Position numbers and translations under genes: made by a program
In this document: positions 1-12,370 of the stretch, one piece after another
Numbering within the stretch: the stretch's first letter is position 1
Layout of the letters: every line of letters starts with the position of its first letter
Assembly: GCF_001194135.2 (NCBI RefSeq)
Contig: NC_068998.1
Location: 32,295,192 to 32,359,191, forward strand
Direction of reading: 5' to 3'
Length of the DNA stretch: 64,000 nt
DNA from: Octopus bimaculoides
Lineage: Eukaryota
Notes under the pieces: model-generated
Told to the model about the DNA's origin: nothing
Databases searched by the model: none
The model's input: only the letters and a program-made list of their open reading frames with translations

Positions 1-2948
1 TGTTCATTTTTTTCCCCTGGGAAATACTACTTTTCTATCCATGAAGGTAAAGTCCAAAATTTGAGGAAACGCATGAAATCTGTATCAGTAACAATTTATT
101 TAAAGGAGAGTTTATGGAATGGTGAAAAGTTCAGTTGTCATTAGAAGACATGAGTGTGATATTTGGGCCTTTCAGTGAAGGAAAGGAAAAAGATGGAGTC
201 TTAGACCTGACTATCAGCAAAGGATGCAGAGAAAAGATGCCAATTAAGTTTGAGAACTTATGTTGTGTAAATGTGTTATATTATGTATATGTGTCATAAA
301 TAAATCCTTTTATAAAATATTTTAAAATATTTTTACTTTATTAAATAATTTGTGCTATGCAATTCAGGAAACTGTGATAGTTAAGAATTAAATTATCAAT
401 AGCACTTATGCATCACTGAACATTGGGTTCTTGGATATTATTGTAAGATATTCCTGGAAACAAAATCCATTAATTTCCCAACTTTCCATGACAAAACAAA
501 TTAGTTCTTATTTTTGCCAAGAAAGAAACATTGCAAGTATTGAAAAATTTTATCTCATGAAGTACTTTAGTTGACCACTTAAATTATCAAAGAATATATT
601 GAAATATATCTGTATTGTTGACTTTAAGCAACAAACCATAACTGCTGCTTTAGCATGTTTAAATATCTGATACATCAAAGTCATGGAACCAGAGAAATGA
701 AATGTGAACAAAAGGAAATTTTGTGATAAAATATTAATATAGACATTGAAACTCAACTATGTTTGGGTTTCTTGTAAACATCACTTAAAAGAATTATATT
801 TACCAAGTGGAATATTGTTTAACCCAGACATAATGGTTGTCTAGGTTAAAGATGTCCCTGGATAATTTCACTCATTCATTCTTTTAACTTTCAGCATAAA
901 ACTAAAAATATTCTATGCCAAAAACCTCAGTATAGTAATGATTGAGCAGAGGATGCCTAAACATATATTGTCACAACTTGTGGTCAGATGTTTATGAAAA
1001 CTGGCAGAATTTCAGAAAAGTGTTTTCCCTTTAATGCCAGTAGTCAGTTATGTTAAAACTAATGCAATAATATGTGGTTGTTAATTAATTACATAATAAC
1101 TAAAAAAACAGTTACAATGAAATAATGATGAAGAGCAAGATGTCAGTAACAAATTAAGGCAATTTGTAATAGATTGAAACAACACAACAAAAAAAAAAAA
1201 TGTTTTCTCTAAACTTTTTTGCATCCTACTCATTCTAAACTTCACAGGTAAGCTGAGTTACACTTCTGGCTTTGTTGTTGTTAATTGGAGTATAAATTTC
1301 ATCAACACATATTGGAACAAATATACCTCCCTTTTTTTCTGTTCAGAAATTAGTTTGTTGAGCAACTATACCAATCGAAACTGAATGAAAAATATTGAAA
1401 AAGTACTCAACAGGCTTAACATCAGGTCCTAAAGTTGTTTTTGAGCCAACAATTCTTGTAAACTATTCTTCTATGTGAATGGAAGAAGTGGATATATTGT
1501 TCAGATTATGATCTCCAAAGCCAGCAGCCTTATGTTCCAACAATTCATTAATTAAACCATTGAATACATTATCACGTAAAGAATGATTAGTTGTAATTTT
1601 CCAAAGAAAAGTTTCAAGAAAATACTCCATAAAAAAAAAATCATAAAAATTTAGCAACAGGTGGATCAGTGTGAATAATATGTAAATAAATGATAAATGA
1701 AAGAATTAAGGTCTTCTTCAGAGAATGAAGAAATTTCAAATCATTCTTTAAAATGAATGTAAACAAGGGTGGTGTGATTTGTATAGTTTTATGTAGTATA
1801 AGACTACAAACATATGTAGTATAGGATTACAGACTTTGTTGAAACAGTCTAGTAAGACTGAATCATGTCTGGAACTATCACTATACTACCAAAATCAAAA
1901 CTCGCTGCCTAATGTTTGCCCTCATTTTAACTGAAACGTTTTGGCTCACTGCATTCAAAATGTTAACTAAGTGGATGATAGTTTAATTCTATTGAGCCAA
2001 TAGATCTAAGGTTGATAGCTGGTCACTATCTCCAAGAAAAGACATTCACTTTCAATGTCTGTAAATTGATACATGCCTCATGTACCATATTAGATATAGC
2101 TCATAACTATAAATAGCAAAGGAGTGTGCTTCAATAGCATGTGGTCTTACCAAAAGTATAGCATAGTGGATGGATTCTGCAGGGGTGACTTCTTTTAGAT
2201 TCACTATGGAAAAATGTAAGTGTTGTATGGGATGTACTGTAGCTCTTTTATATTCTCTCATCATGTGAGATAATTTCATTTTTTCCTTTCCATAACTTAG
2301 ATAGAGAAAGATAGACAGTTTCCATATCTTTCCACTTTAATTCTAAGGAGATAACAAGTTGAGGTTAGTATCTTTAAAGGCTTAGAAATGCAGAAGACCA
2401 GTGTGCTTGATGAGCATGCAATTCTAAAATGAAAGGATTATGCAAACAAATTAATATGTGGTCTTCTCTGTGGTGAAACAGTACAATGACAAATGGAAGT
2501 AGTCCATGGGTTTAGGCAGCAATCTATATATATATTCCAATAATCTGAAATACCAAAATCAAATAGTTCAAGGTATTAACCTGAGAATCTACAAGTGCAA
2601 AATAAACCACATATTTATGTGAGAAATTGAAATCTCAGCTTTTTGTGAAGAAAGTCCCTAAGGAAAGAGTTGTTGAAGCTAGGTACAAATTTATAGGTTG
2701 TTTGCAAATGACAGGAAATACATTCAGATCACACACAGAAACATTTTAATTTAAATATCAAAAGCCAGTTGTCTTGTAGAATTTGACACCAAATCCATTA
2801 TTGATAAAACAAAAATGACAGAATACAGAGAGATATTTGAAAATATTGCATGTTTCTTTTAACAGTTTGCATATATGAATATGCCTACTTAAGTTCATGA
2901 ATAATTTATATTCACATATCTATGTCTGAATAATATTGCATGGATGGT

Positions 2949-2950
<2 letters not shown>

Positions 2951-2988
<38 letters not shown>

Positions 2989-3293
2989 ACACACACACAC
3001 ACTCACAAACAAACGCAATCTATCCATGTATATAAAGAAAATGTGTATGAAGTAACAACTGAAATAAATTGCTTTAGTCATGCATAAAGATAGTTACCCA
3101 GTGAGTATTTGCTGACAAAATCAACATAAATACATACATATATACATACAGACATTCACACACACACACACACACACATATATGTGTGTGTGTGTGTATC
3201 AGTGTGTATATGAATATTCACACATGCACACATATAGATTATATATGCATTTATATATATTCATATACACATTTATATATGTATGTTCATATA

Positions 3294-3353
<60 letters not shown>

Positions 3354-3360
3354 TATACTT
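2951..3360. repeat. Compound (CA)n/(TA)n microsatellite cluster
   Basis: Runs of acacac and tatata; source of the spurious YIYI/HTHT ORFs. Confidence 0.95.
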
Positions 3361-3468
3361 AAAGTTAATATAAACAGCCAGGCACAATGTGATACCATAT
3401 AGGAAAAATACAATCGTCACTAAGTGCAGCTAAGGGAATTAGCCAACCATGAAACAACTTGAGCAGTC

Positions 3469-3516
3469 ACCACTGATGATGCCTACAGTCATAGACAAAA
3501 CTAGCCCTAGTCTGGT
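3469..3516 (+). ncRNA. Degenerate minimal type I hammerhead ribozyme motif
   Basis: acca-CTGATGA-t-gccta cagtca tagac-AAAA-ctag cc ctag-TC-tggt: core CUGANGA, stem II (one mismatch), stem III ACTAG/CTAGT, GUC triplet, 4-bp stem I. G12 reads A. Confidence 0.6.
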
Positions 3517-3772
3517 CGGTCCTCAAGACGGCTATAGGGTGGTTACCTTCCCTGTCAGCATAAGTATACATTTGCATTCTTCCTACAGCATTAAGAGTAT
3601 TTTAACTCGTTTTTCTAGCAATGTAGATGTTTCAGCACTCTTAGTCACACTTAGTGATGATTGCATATTCATATATGTATATATATATATGTGTGTGTGT
3701 GTATATATTCATACATACACACACACATATCATTGTTTAAAGTCTGCCTTCCATACTGTTATGGGTATAAAC

Positions 3773-3773
3773 A

Positions 3774-3848
<75 letters not shown>
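3773..3848. repeat. (CA)n microsatellite
   Basis: About 33 CA units followed by TA. Confidence 0.97.
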
Positions 3849-3849
<1 letters not shown>

Positions 3850-3850
<1 letters not shown>

Positions 3851-4075
3851 GCAGAGGCATGAGGCATGCCTGTGTATTCAGAAACTTGCTTCCCAACCAC
3901 ATGCTTTTGGGCTCAGTCCCACTGCATGGCAACTTGGGCAAGTATCTTCTGCTATACTCTCTGGCTGACCAAAGCCTTCTGAGTGGATTTGGTAGATAGA
4001 AACTGAAAGAAGCCCATTGTGTATACATAAATGTATATATTTAAGTGTGTGTCTTTGTGTCTCCCACTATCAATT
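3850..4075 (+). mobile_element. tRNA-head SINE copy (family also at 17.4, 20.2, 36.4, 42.4, 46.2 kb)
   Basis: Shares 'gggttcagtcccactg...ttgggcaagtgtcttc...accaaagccttgtgagtggatttggtagacagaaactgaaagaagccc' with other copies in the window. Confidence 0.85.
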
Positions 4076-4329
4076 GACAACTGAAGCACTCAGGACATTT
4101 GAGCAAGAGGAGAAATAGGAAAAATAATGATGAGAAACACATTACGGGTTATCAATACGCATATAAGAAGATATATTCCATTATAAAAATATTATGTGCA
4201 CAAAATTGTACAATAAAATATATAGATATATAAATACATCAAAAATGCATTAAAAATATACAAATATATCAATATAATATATTAATACAAATATATTAAG
4301 ATCATACAAATATATAGACCCACTTGCAA

Positions 4330-6060
4330 TAAAAATGATATTGAAATATATAACTAGAATAGGTGAAGTATAATATCAAAGTATAATGTTATAAATGCAT
4401 ATGGAAGGTTGTAAGTCTTTAAAGTCTGATGGCCGTTTCTGGGGACATAGTGGTCCAAAGATATAATAGATTCTAAAGTTCATTAATTCAAACCACTGCC
4501 TCCTTCTTCAGGGAAGTTACCAATTGATAGGTTTACATTTGTTATGCAGATGTGGTGGAATTCAAAATTGACAGACTTTATAAAGAGCTACACTTTTCAT
4601 TAAGGGATGTGGGTGTTAGGTGTTTCTTTTCTTCTTTTTTTTATTATAGAGTAGTAGGAAGGGAGAATATAGTACTATTAGGATGAAACTATTAATAATA
4701 TTAGACGTGGAGGGTTAGCGGAGAAGATATAATCCAAGCTTTTACAATTCAGATTTAATTAAATAATAATTTATTGTGAAGTTATGAAGAGTTAGCCAAA
4801 TGTCTAAGGGTCAAATAATACCTGCATCTACAAGAGAAGATAACATCTAAAAAATCTATTTAACATTGAAGAATTATACATAGACAGAATAGTTAACGAT
4901 TCTTTAATACAGAGTTTACATTTACATGTATATGAATTGTAAGGGGGTGGCTTCTGTTACAATTGACCAGGTTAGTTTGTATTGTATATTTTGTGCTTTG
5001 AGATTATGGGTATGCATAGCTAATGAAGCAGAAAATTTGGTTTTGGGGTTAATAAAAGAATATGTGCATGATATCTACACTTAGAGTCTACTGTGCTCCC
5101 AATACATATCATTGCCTTGTGGTTTCAAGATGTCATCACAGAGCATTTATATATCATATTTTTGCATAAGCACAATCTTTCAAGGGGCATAAATTGGATA
5201 CCCGATAGTTACAGGATTTTTCGTTTGTTTGATAGTTAGAACATCTTCCTCATGAGGCTAATCTAGGTTTACATGTCGTTTGTAAGGGTGAGTCCAAGTC
5301 GGAGTTTATAAGAGAATTGGAATGAATGGTTATGTTGGAACTGGTATCCACTATTTGGTAATTAGGGTTGCAGAATAAGCTAAGTAATTTTAGAATTACT
5401 TAGCTTAGGATAGTTGTTAATAACTATGGTACTGTTATTGTCTGGATCCACTTATGGTGCTATATAGGGATTTATATGTTCAGCTGACTGGCCTTGGAGT
5501 TTGCAACTATTGAGGGCAGCTATAATAGATTGACGGTTAGGTGTGGTGGAGTAAGTTTTTTATTGAAGATTTATTGAAAATGGAGTAATACTTGGGCTGT
5601 GGTAGAAAGTTTGATTTTAATATTTAAAAAAATAATCTTTTAATTAAGGGTGGTGTGAACCATAAAATTTCACGTTTTCTGGAGATTTAAAGTTACCGCA
5701 GGACCAAGGGCGCCAATGGTGTCGATGTATATAATTTGAAAGTTGTGTTGTTTAATTGGTGAAATGAGGAGGTTATAGTCATATAGCTAGGATTACTATT
5801 GGGGAAGACATGTGCTATTTTATTCTTGAAATTAGTATTATGTATGTAGCAAATTTTTTCCTGGAAGCCACTTATTTTGAGGGCCTGCTTCTCATAAGGT
5901 GTGCGAATGTTGGAAATATCCTCATTGGCAGAAAGATTAGATATACTAATGGATGTTCCTGTGATTATACTGTTGAGGGTTATTTTTGAGTGATTGAAGA
6001 GTATATTAATATACTGCAATGATTGGTTAGGTTTATGATAGGGGTAGTATAAGCCAGTAT
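4330..6060 (-). mobile_element. Penelope-like element relics (RT and GIY-YIG fragments, at least two pieces)
   Basis: Minus-strand translations resemble PLE motifs: 'YMTITSSFHQLNNTTFKLYTSTP' (pre-RT), 'RQSIIAALNS' (RPIIS-like), 'KLTWSIVTEA' and 'CPLNEKC' (GIY-YIG region). Many stops and frameshifts. Confidence 0.7.
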
Positions 6061-6573
6061 GTAGATTAAGAGTAACATCTAAAAGGTTGCCACTTTAGTA
6101 TCCATTTCAAAACAGATATTAAGATTTAAATTTTCAAAGAATTTATGCAGTGCTATTTTTTTATACATTTCACCGATTGTAGAGGTAGACCATTCAGAGC
6201 AAAAAGTGCATCATCCTTTAAAAACATCATCTAAAGGTGCATCATTCTTTATTATATGCGTATTGGTAACCAGTCTTTTGTTTCTCATTTTATATATATA
6301 TATATATATATATNNNNNNNNNNNNNNNNNNNNNNNNNNNNNNNNNNNNNNNNNNNNNNNNNNNNNNNNNNNNNNATTGATATTTTTGGACTAATAGGTA
6401 TAAGTCGATTAGTGTGTTGAAGTGTTGAGTAGAGCACTGGCACAGCTTGGGCTACCTGGTTTCATCTGCAATCGTGGTATATTTCTGTTGGAACTACTTC
6501 AAGAACTCTGCAGTGTCAGTTGGGATAATTATATTAATTAAATAATAAGATGGATTTTGAATTAAACTTTATT

Positions 6574-6667
6574 TGTACAACGTTTGTTTCGATCTGTCCT
6601 TATGCGTGGGACTCTGTTCAACATGTTGTGCTGCATCCATTTTGCAGTCTGGGTCTCATTAGGTACA
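6574..6667 (-). ncRNA. Degenerate type I hammerhead motif with long stem II, upstream of the Penelope relic
   Basis: Minus strand: tgtac-CTAATGA-(about 57 nt)-GAAA-c aaac g-TT-gtaca. Perfect 5-bp stem I, minimal stem III, core G5 reads A. Confidence 0.5.
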
Positions 6668-6932
6668 TCCATGAATAAAATTGTGTCTCACTAAAGATCT
6701 TGAGTATCGGCTGCCACACTGTTATATGCCCATCTTGTTAGGGAATGATTAAAATGCAAACAAGACTGCAGAAATGTAAAAATTCAAATATGAATGTGGA
6801 AATCTTACATTCCTGCTTAGATAAAATGACCTAATTAGCTTTCACTTTCATAACTGCTTAGAGGGAAAAGAAAGAAGAAGAAGGAAAGAAAGAAGAAAGA
6901 AAATAATAAGAAACAGATACTTAGTCAAACAG

Positions 6933-7030
6933 TTGTGTGTACACACATACACAGACACTTGCACACATATATCCTACACATGTTCAGACATACACTGTCA
7001 CACACACATGCACCCACTTACACACTTGTC

Positions 7031-7094
<64 letters not shown>

Positions 7095-7770
7095 CACACA
7101 TTCACACAAATATACATATACATGCTCACACCTACATATACCTTCCTACACACATGGATACACACACACATGCAGGCATGCACGTGCCTACATATACATG
7201 TGCAACACCCACACATACACATACATGCACACACGCAGACATGCACATAGACACCCACAGACAAGCACACTCATACATATGTGTATCTGTACATGCACAC
7301 ACACACATACACAAGCCTGCGTTCCTGTTTAGATTTATGCATCTCCACTCCCCCGCCCGTCTCTCAACCCTGCTAGTATTTATTGATACATTATAACCAT
7401 CAATGTGTAACAACATCTCTGATACTCTGATTGATCATGTGATCATGTGATGTGCATATATATGTGTGTGTGTGTGTGTGTATGCATTTGTATGTGTGTG
7501 TGTGAGGGTGCATGCACGTGTGTATGTATAGATATCTTCTACTTGGTTCAGTCATTAAACTGCAGTCATGCTGGGGCACTGTCTTGATATAGTATATGTA
7601 TATATATATATATATATATATAATATGTGTAAGTGTGCGTGTGTATATATATATACACATATACACTCACACACACGTATATGTATGCGTGTGTATATAT
7701 ATACACATACACACTCACACACATACACACACACACATGTATACGTGTGTATGTATGTATGTAGTATGTA
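6933..7770. repeat. Large compound CA/TA/TG low-complexity microsatellite field
   Basis: Dinucleotide mosaics; a SINE fragment at about 7520-7590 interrupts it. Confidence 0.95.
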
Positions 7771-7869
7771 TGCATTTCTCGAAAAAATTGCTGTCATTGC
7801 TCCTGTCAACACATTATCCACTGTCTTTGTACCTTTGGATGCATGTAGAGTAAGGTAAAATTTTCTTAC

Positions 7870-7908
7870 TTGAAATATAGGGAGATGAAAATCAAGACGA
7901 GCATGTAG
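7870..7908 (-). CDS. Candidate internal exon (39 nt, phase 0-0) LHARLDFHLPIFQ of an unidentified gene
   Basis: Acceptor ttgctttacAG, donor caa|GTAAGA, open frame, length a multiple of 3. Confidence 0.55.
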
Positions 7909-8399
7909 CTGTAAAGCAATTTCTCAATAATACTCTCATAGGAGCACAAAAAAAAACTGATATAAACACAAATGGACAAGCAAAAAATGAATCCATTTAC
8001 ATATAAGCACGTGCATGCACGCACACACAAATACTGTATGAAATACACAGTCTCAAAAATATATAATCACTATCTATAAAAAAATAGATGTGTCATGCAA
8101 TGATTCATCTTATAGGTATGGTTCTTGAAACTTCAGATATATATGGTATGATAAATTTCATCCTGCGATATCTACCCTTCCTTGTTTATTGAGTAGTAAC
8201 AAAATGTAAATGGAAATTCAAGTAGCTAGAAAATCTTGTTTTCAATGGAGGTGAAATCATTTGTTATTTGCATTCACTCCAAGAACATTAGTATAAATAA
8301 ATGAATAAATCTAAATAAAGTAAAAAGCTATCAAAGAGGGATTTAAGCATATCGATTCTTAGGTCTTTCTTTTAATAATATTTATCATGAGTATTGATA

Positions 8400-8970
8400 A
8401 TGCAAACTGATCAGTTCTAACAAGGAATTAAGCCATTAAGAAATTGGTTCACAACACCACAGAATAGTTTCTGTAAGCATTTACTTTGATTTGTTTTTGC
8501 ATAAGGCTACTTTTCCTTCTACACCAAATTCCTCTTTCTGGATATATTGGGTAAAATCAATCCTAGCAGGAAAAGTAGAATATTTTGAGTAACTGTTACC
8601 ATTGACTTTCTTGTTATATCTTGGAGTATCTTTAACATCAAATGGATTGTGGTATATCGGCCACCATATACAAGAGAAAACCAGAACCAAAACTTCAATA
8701 GTAAAGTAAAACAATTGAGGGTTCTATTCTGGAAATGAGAATATTTGTATAACTTTCTCTTTGTTCATCATTGGACTTGGACTTAAGCAACACATCAAAC
8801 AAAAAAATAAAATAAAATAAACAGGTATATATATGTATAAGCTACTTTATTTTTATAATTCCATCCTTAGAAAATATTAAGATAACAGTGAGGATAGAAT
8901 TATTGACTAGATTCTTTTTAATATTTAATTCACATCACACAAGCATGACTTTCATCTCCTGTACTGGCAG

Positions 8971-9011
<41 letters not shown>

Positions 9012-9880
9012 TATACATACATACATTTGAGTGTGTGTGTGTGTGTGTGTGTGTGCATGCGTGTGTATATATATATATATGCATACAAGTACACATAATA
9101 TATAAAAATCAATTTAAGCATTTGTACTCCAGCTCTTACAAACACTGATGGCTCTTATTAAAATATTAGTTATATAGTACTAATTCAGAGAACAAGAGAA
9201 CTAAATATTTTGGCCATAGACAATATTGTGGAATCTGAAGTACACTTTTAAAACAATTTTGAATGATTTAGGTAGAGGAGGAATGGCAATCATCTCTATG
9301 GTTGGTGGAAAAAAGCTATCTTTGGATCAGAGGTCTGGCTTGAATGCTTCCAACAAAGTGGATTCTACTAATTGCACCCTAAGACCAATGGTGAAGTTTG
9401 ATTGGAGGACATATTAAATCTACTACCAAAGGAAAGAGACTACCTTTTTAATTTCTTCCCAATTTTCTTCTACCAAATTTCATTTTTAAGATTTGGTCAA
9501 CTTGAAGCTACGGTAAAATTTACTTTCCCTTTGATGTCAAACTTTGCATTCATCCATCTTCATCTGATAATACAAACACCACTAATAATGTTTTTTCTTT
9601 TGCTATTTGCCCAACACTTTGTTGAATCAATCAACTATGACTCTACAGTATGCCTTATACTGTTAATACTATCATTAACAAACTCATGAAAGAAATCTAA
9701 ATAATATACAGGTTTTCAGATCAGATAACTAACTGAATTTCACTTCCAGGCTATGCCCAAGGGTTTTTCAAACTTATATCCAAAAATTCCTTATGAAAGA
9801 AGACACAAAGTAGGGTTAAGCAGTTAAGATTTCAAAACATGACATATCCTTATTGATGAGATTCAAACTTAGTATAAATA
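8400..9880 (-). mobile_element. Highly decayed L1/Tx1-like LINE (RT C-terminal half to 3' end)
   Basis: One stop-ridden frame gives 'NPTLCLLS*GIFG' (SPLLF-like) and 'W*KKIGKKLKR*SLSFGSR' (LSxxGR motif). Downstream 'LLFLLGLILPNISRKRN' resembles the L1 C-terminus. Confidence 0.5.
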
Positions 9881-10879
9881 TAGTTCAAATATAATAAAAA
9901 CTAGCAATTTTAAAAACGTATTTTGATAAACAATAAACGTTGCCACATGTTATTCCCAGCTGTATTCAAGTCCTATACCTAAAAATATAGACATGGATAA
10001 TTGTGTAAAAAAAGTCTTGATTTTAGCACAATGACTAAATGATTATGCCATTATTCATTCAGCAGAAAGATCACAAAAAAGAAAGAAAGACAGAATGAAA
10101 AAAACCTCTTAAAATTTTTAAACTTAATAAAATGATAAAATAAACTGTTAAAAAAGTCAAGCAATTAGTAAATGTCATTCTCAGCATTAGTCTTCATAGA
10201 ATGGTATTATTACTTTTGTAATCTGCTTCTAAAATACCACTCAGATTTCCCCAGAGACAAAATTATAAAAGTAATATAATGCATGAATATGGACAGTTGT
10301 AAGTGTTGGTTGATTTAAATGTGTCTTGTCTATGTATTTTTTTTTTTGTTTTTAGTTTATCTTTCTTTGATGCATTTTGATTTTTCCTGAAATTGATTTT
10401 CTTTTACATTCGAGTAAAAGAGTTTTCTGTCTCTAAAATATAATGACAAATGACACACAATTTAAGAAATTCTTCCACTTAAAAGTTAAAACAGTTCATT
10501 ATGAATGTTTTAGTTAGTTATAATTTAGCCAGTTATTAATAAACAAATGAATAGGTACCCTGTTCTTCTTAAACAATATATTACTGCCACCTTTTTAAAT
10601 GTAATCACCCAATAACATTGAAAGTTTGGTTCAAATGAACCAACTAATTTTCAGGGACTCTTGTAAAGGATACTCTAAACTAGTTTATCATCACCTTCTC
10701 AGGTTCTACAAATTATACCTATTTATGGCTTTACCTATTTATGGTAACTATTTAAAGCTAAATGAATTGAGATGGAAAATTTTAAGTGTCCAGATCATGA
10801 ATAGATTTCAGTGTCAGTAATAGAAAAGGAACTTTCAATTTGAAGAAAGTTATTGGCTCTGCCTGCTATAACTCTCATT

Positions 10880-12200
10880 AGACTTCTAAAATTAGAAATC
10901 TGCTCTTGTATGAACCTCCATATTTCTCTGGTCTCCTAATACTTCTGTTGCATTATATATATATGACACAAACAACAACATAATTGGTTTCTTAGTCATA
11001 CTATTCAACTACACTCAAATAGTGCATTCTAGAATAAGCTGTTATCCTTACTAAGCTCTTCAGACTTTCTCTACATGAATCTATATTAATATATAGAAAC
11101 AGGATACAGCTAAAAAGAAACGAAAATCTCTCTCTCTCTCTCTCATATTACCTTGAAAGTAATAAAAACAAGATATAGATTGTTACCCTCTCTTTCATTA
11201 CTTTTGGTTTCCCTTCCTTCTTAGCAGGCAATATGATGATTTCTACAAAGCTAAATCTATTAGAGGTTTGCAAACCACATCACACACCAATAGACTTTCA
11301 CCCTTGAAAAGTTTTGTGAAATCAATACTTTTGTGCTTGAGATCTGCAAAGCCTTTGAGTATGTCTGGCATGAAAACTATCTAGACAAATTGTCTCATGT
11401 CTTGGAATCAGAAGTTTCCACTCATACTACTCTATTGCTCCATACACTTAAAAGATTCTCACAGCACTCATTCAGCTCTGGTGTAATTTAAAGTTTAACT
11501 TTTTCCCATTGTTCTTCCTTCTATACACAAATCATGAACTTGTTGTTCCTTCTACTCCTGTGCAGATGATACAACTCTTTATCACTTCATAATAATCTCA
11601 ACATTCAGCATAGTCTCCATATGCTAGAATGTACTATCATCATAGATTTGCAAATAACCTTCAGTGAAGAGAAGATGACCTTTTTTCTTCAACAGGATTA
11701 AGACACAATTACTTTACATATCAACTAATACACTCAAATTGCTCTAAATGCTAGATCTCACCATCTCTGTTGATCTTATATAACCATGTTATATATATCA
11801 CAGGAAAAAAAAAAGTTTTTTTTCTTCAAGTCCAGAAAATACTTTATCTCTTATCAGTCTCTGATTTTCTGCAAAACTAAATAGTATTGAAATTGATACT
11901 ATTCTAACACACATTTGCAGATTAGCAAGAACTGACTTCCAAACATGTTACATCACCACTAATTGACATATGCACACTGTTCTCTATACTTTATTTTACC
12001 AATTACAATGGCTTTTGTTGAAACTAGCTAGCTGACTTTTCACTCAGTTGTCCCCAATACACCTATCTTTCCATCTTCCATTACATCTGCTGTGTCTTAC
12101 ACTTAAACACCACACTGAATTACCTAACCTTTCTTTTCCAGGATGTTGATATTCTTTGTCTTTAGCAGAAACATATATTTGATGACAGTCAGCTTCTCCA
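10880..12200 (+). mobile_element. CR1/L2-group LINE relic (RT domain)
   Basis: 'LEICKAFEYVWHEN' (DISKAFDxVWH) near 11340, 'SCADDTTLY' (YADD) at 11556-11582, 'FFKSRKYF' downstream. Confidence 0.85.
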
Positions 12201-12370
12201 ACAATTAAGCAAACTTATCTTTCAGCCATCTACTACATTGCTAATACAATGAAATTTGTAGTAATGTACTTTTTGGGTACATAAAATTAGAAGTTCCTTA
12301 TGTGGCCTTATTCTTTACTCTATCATCCATATATTTCTTGCAGTCTATTGTTTTCAAACTGAGCATCAAC

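Noticed and set aside
550-2279. Three protein-like minus-strand ORFs (550-756, 1463-1657, 2052-2279)
   Set aside because: No convincing paired splice sites or recognisable motifs. They could hide terminal exons but cannot be supported.
6933-7858. Many long ORFs (HTHT, YIYI, CVCV)
   Set aside because: Dinucleotide repeats lack stops in several frames. The same applies at 3.2, 27.3, 29.8, 42.7, 45.0, 47.6 and 61.8 kb.
8481-8714. ORF with 'FPARIDFTQY', reminiscent of a USP deubiquitinase motif
   Set aside because: No other USP boxes or splice sites; an overlapping frame fits the C-terminus of the L1/Tx1 relic.
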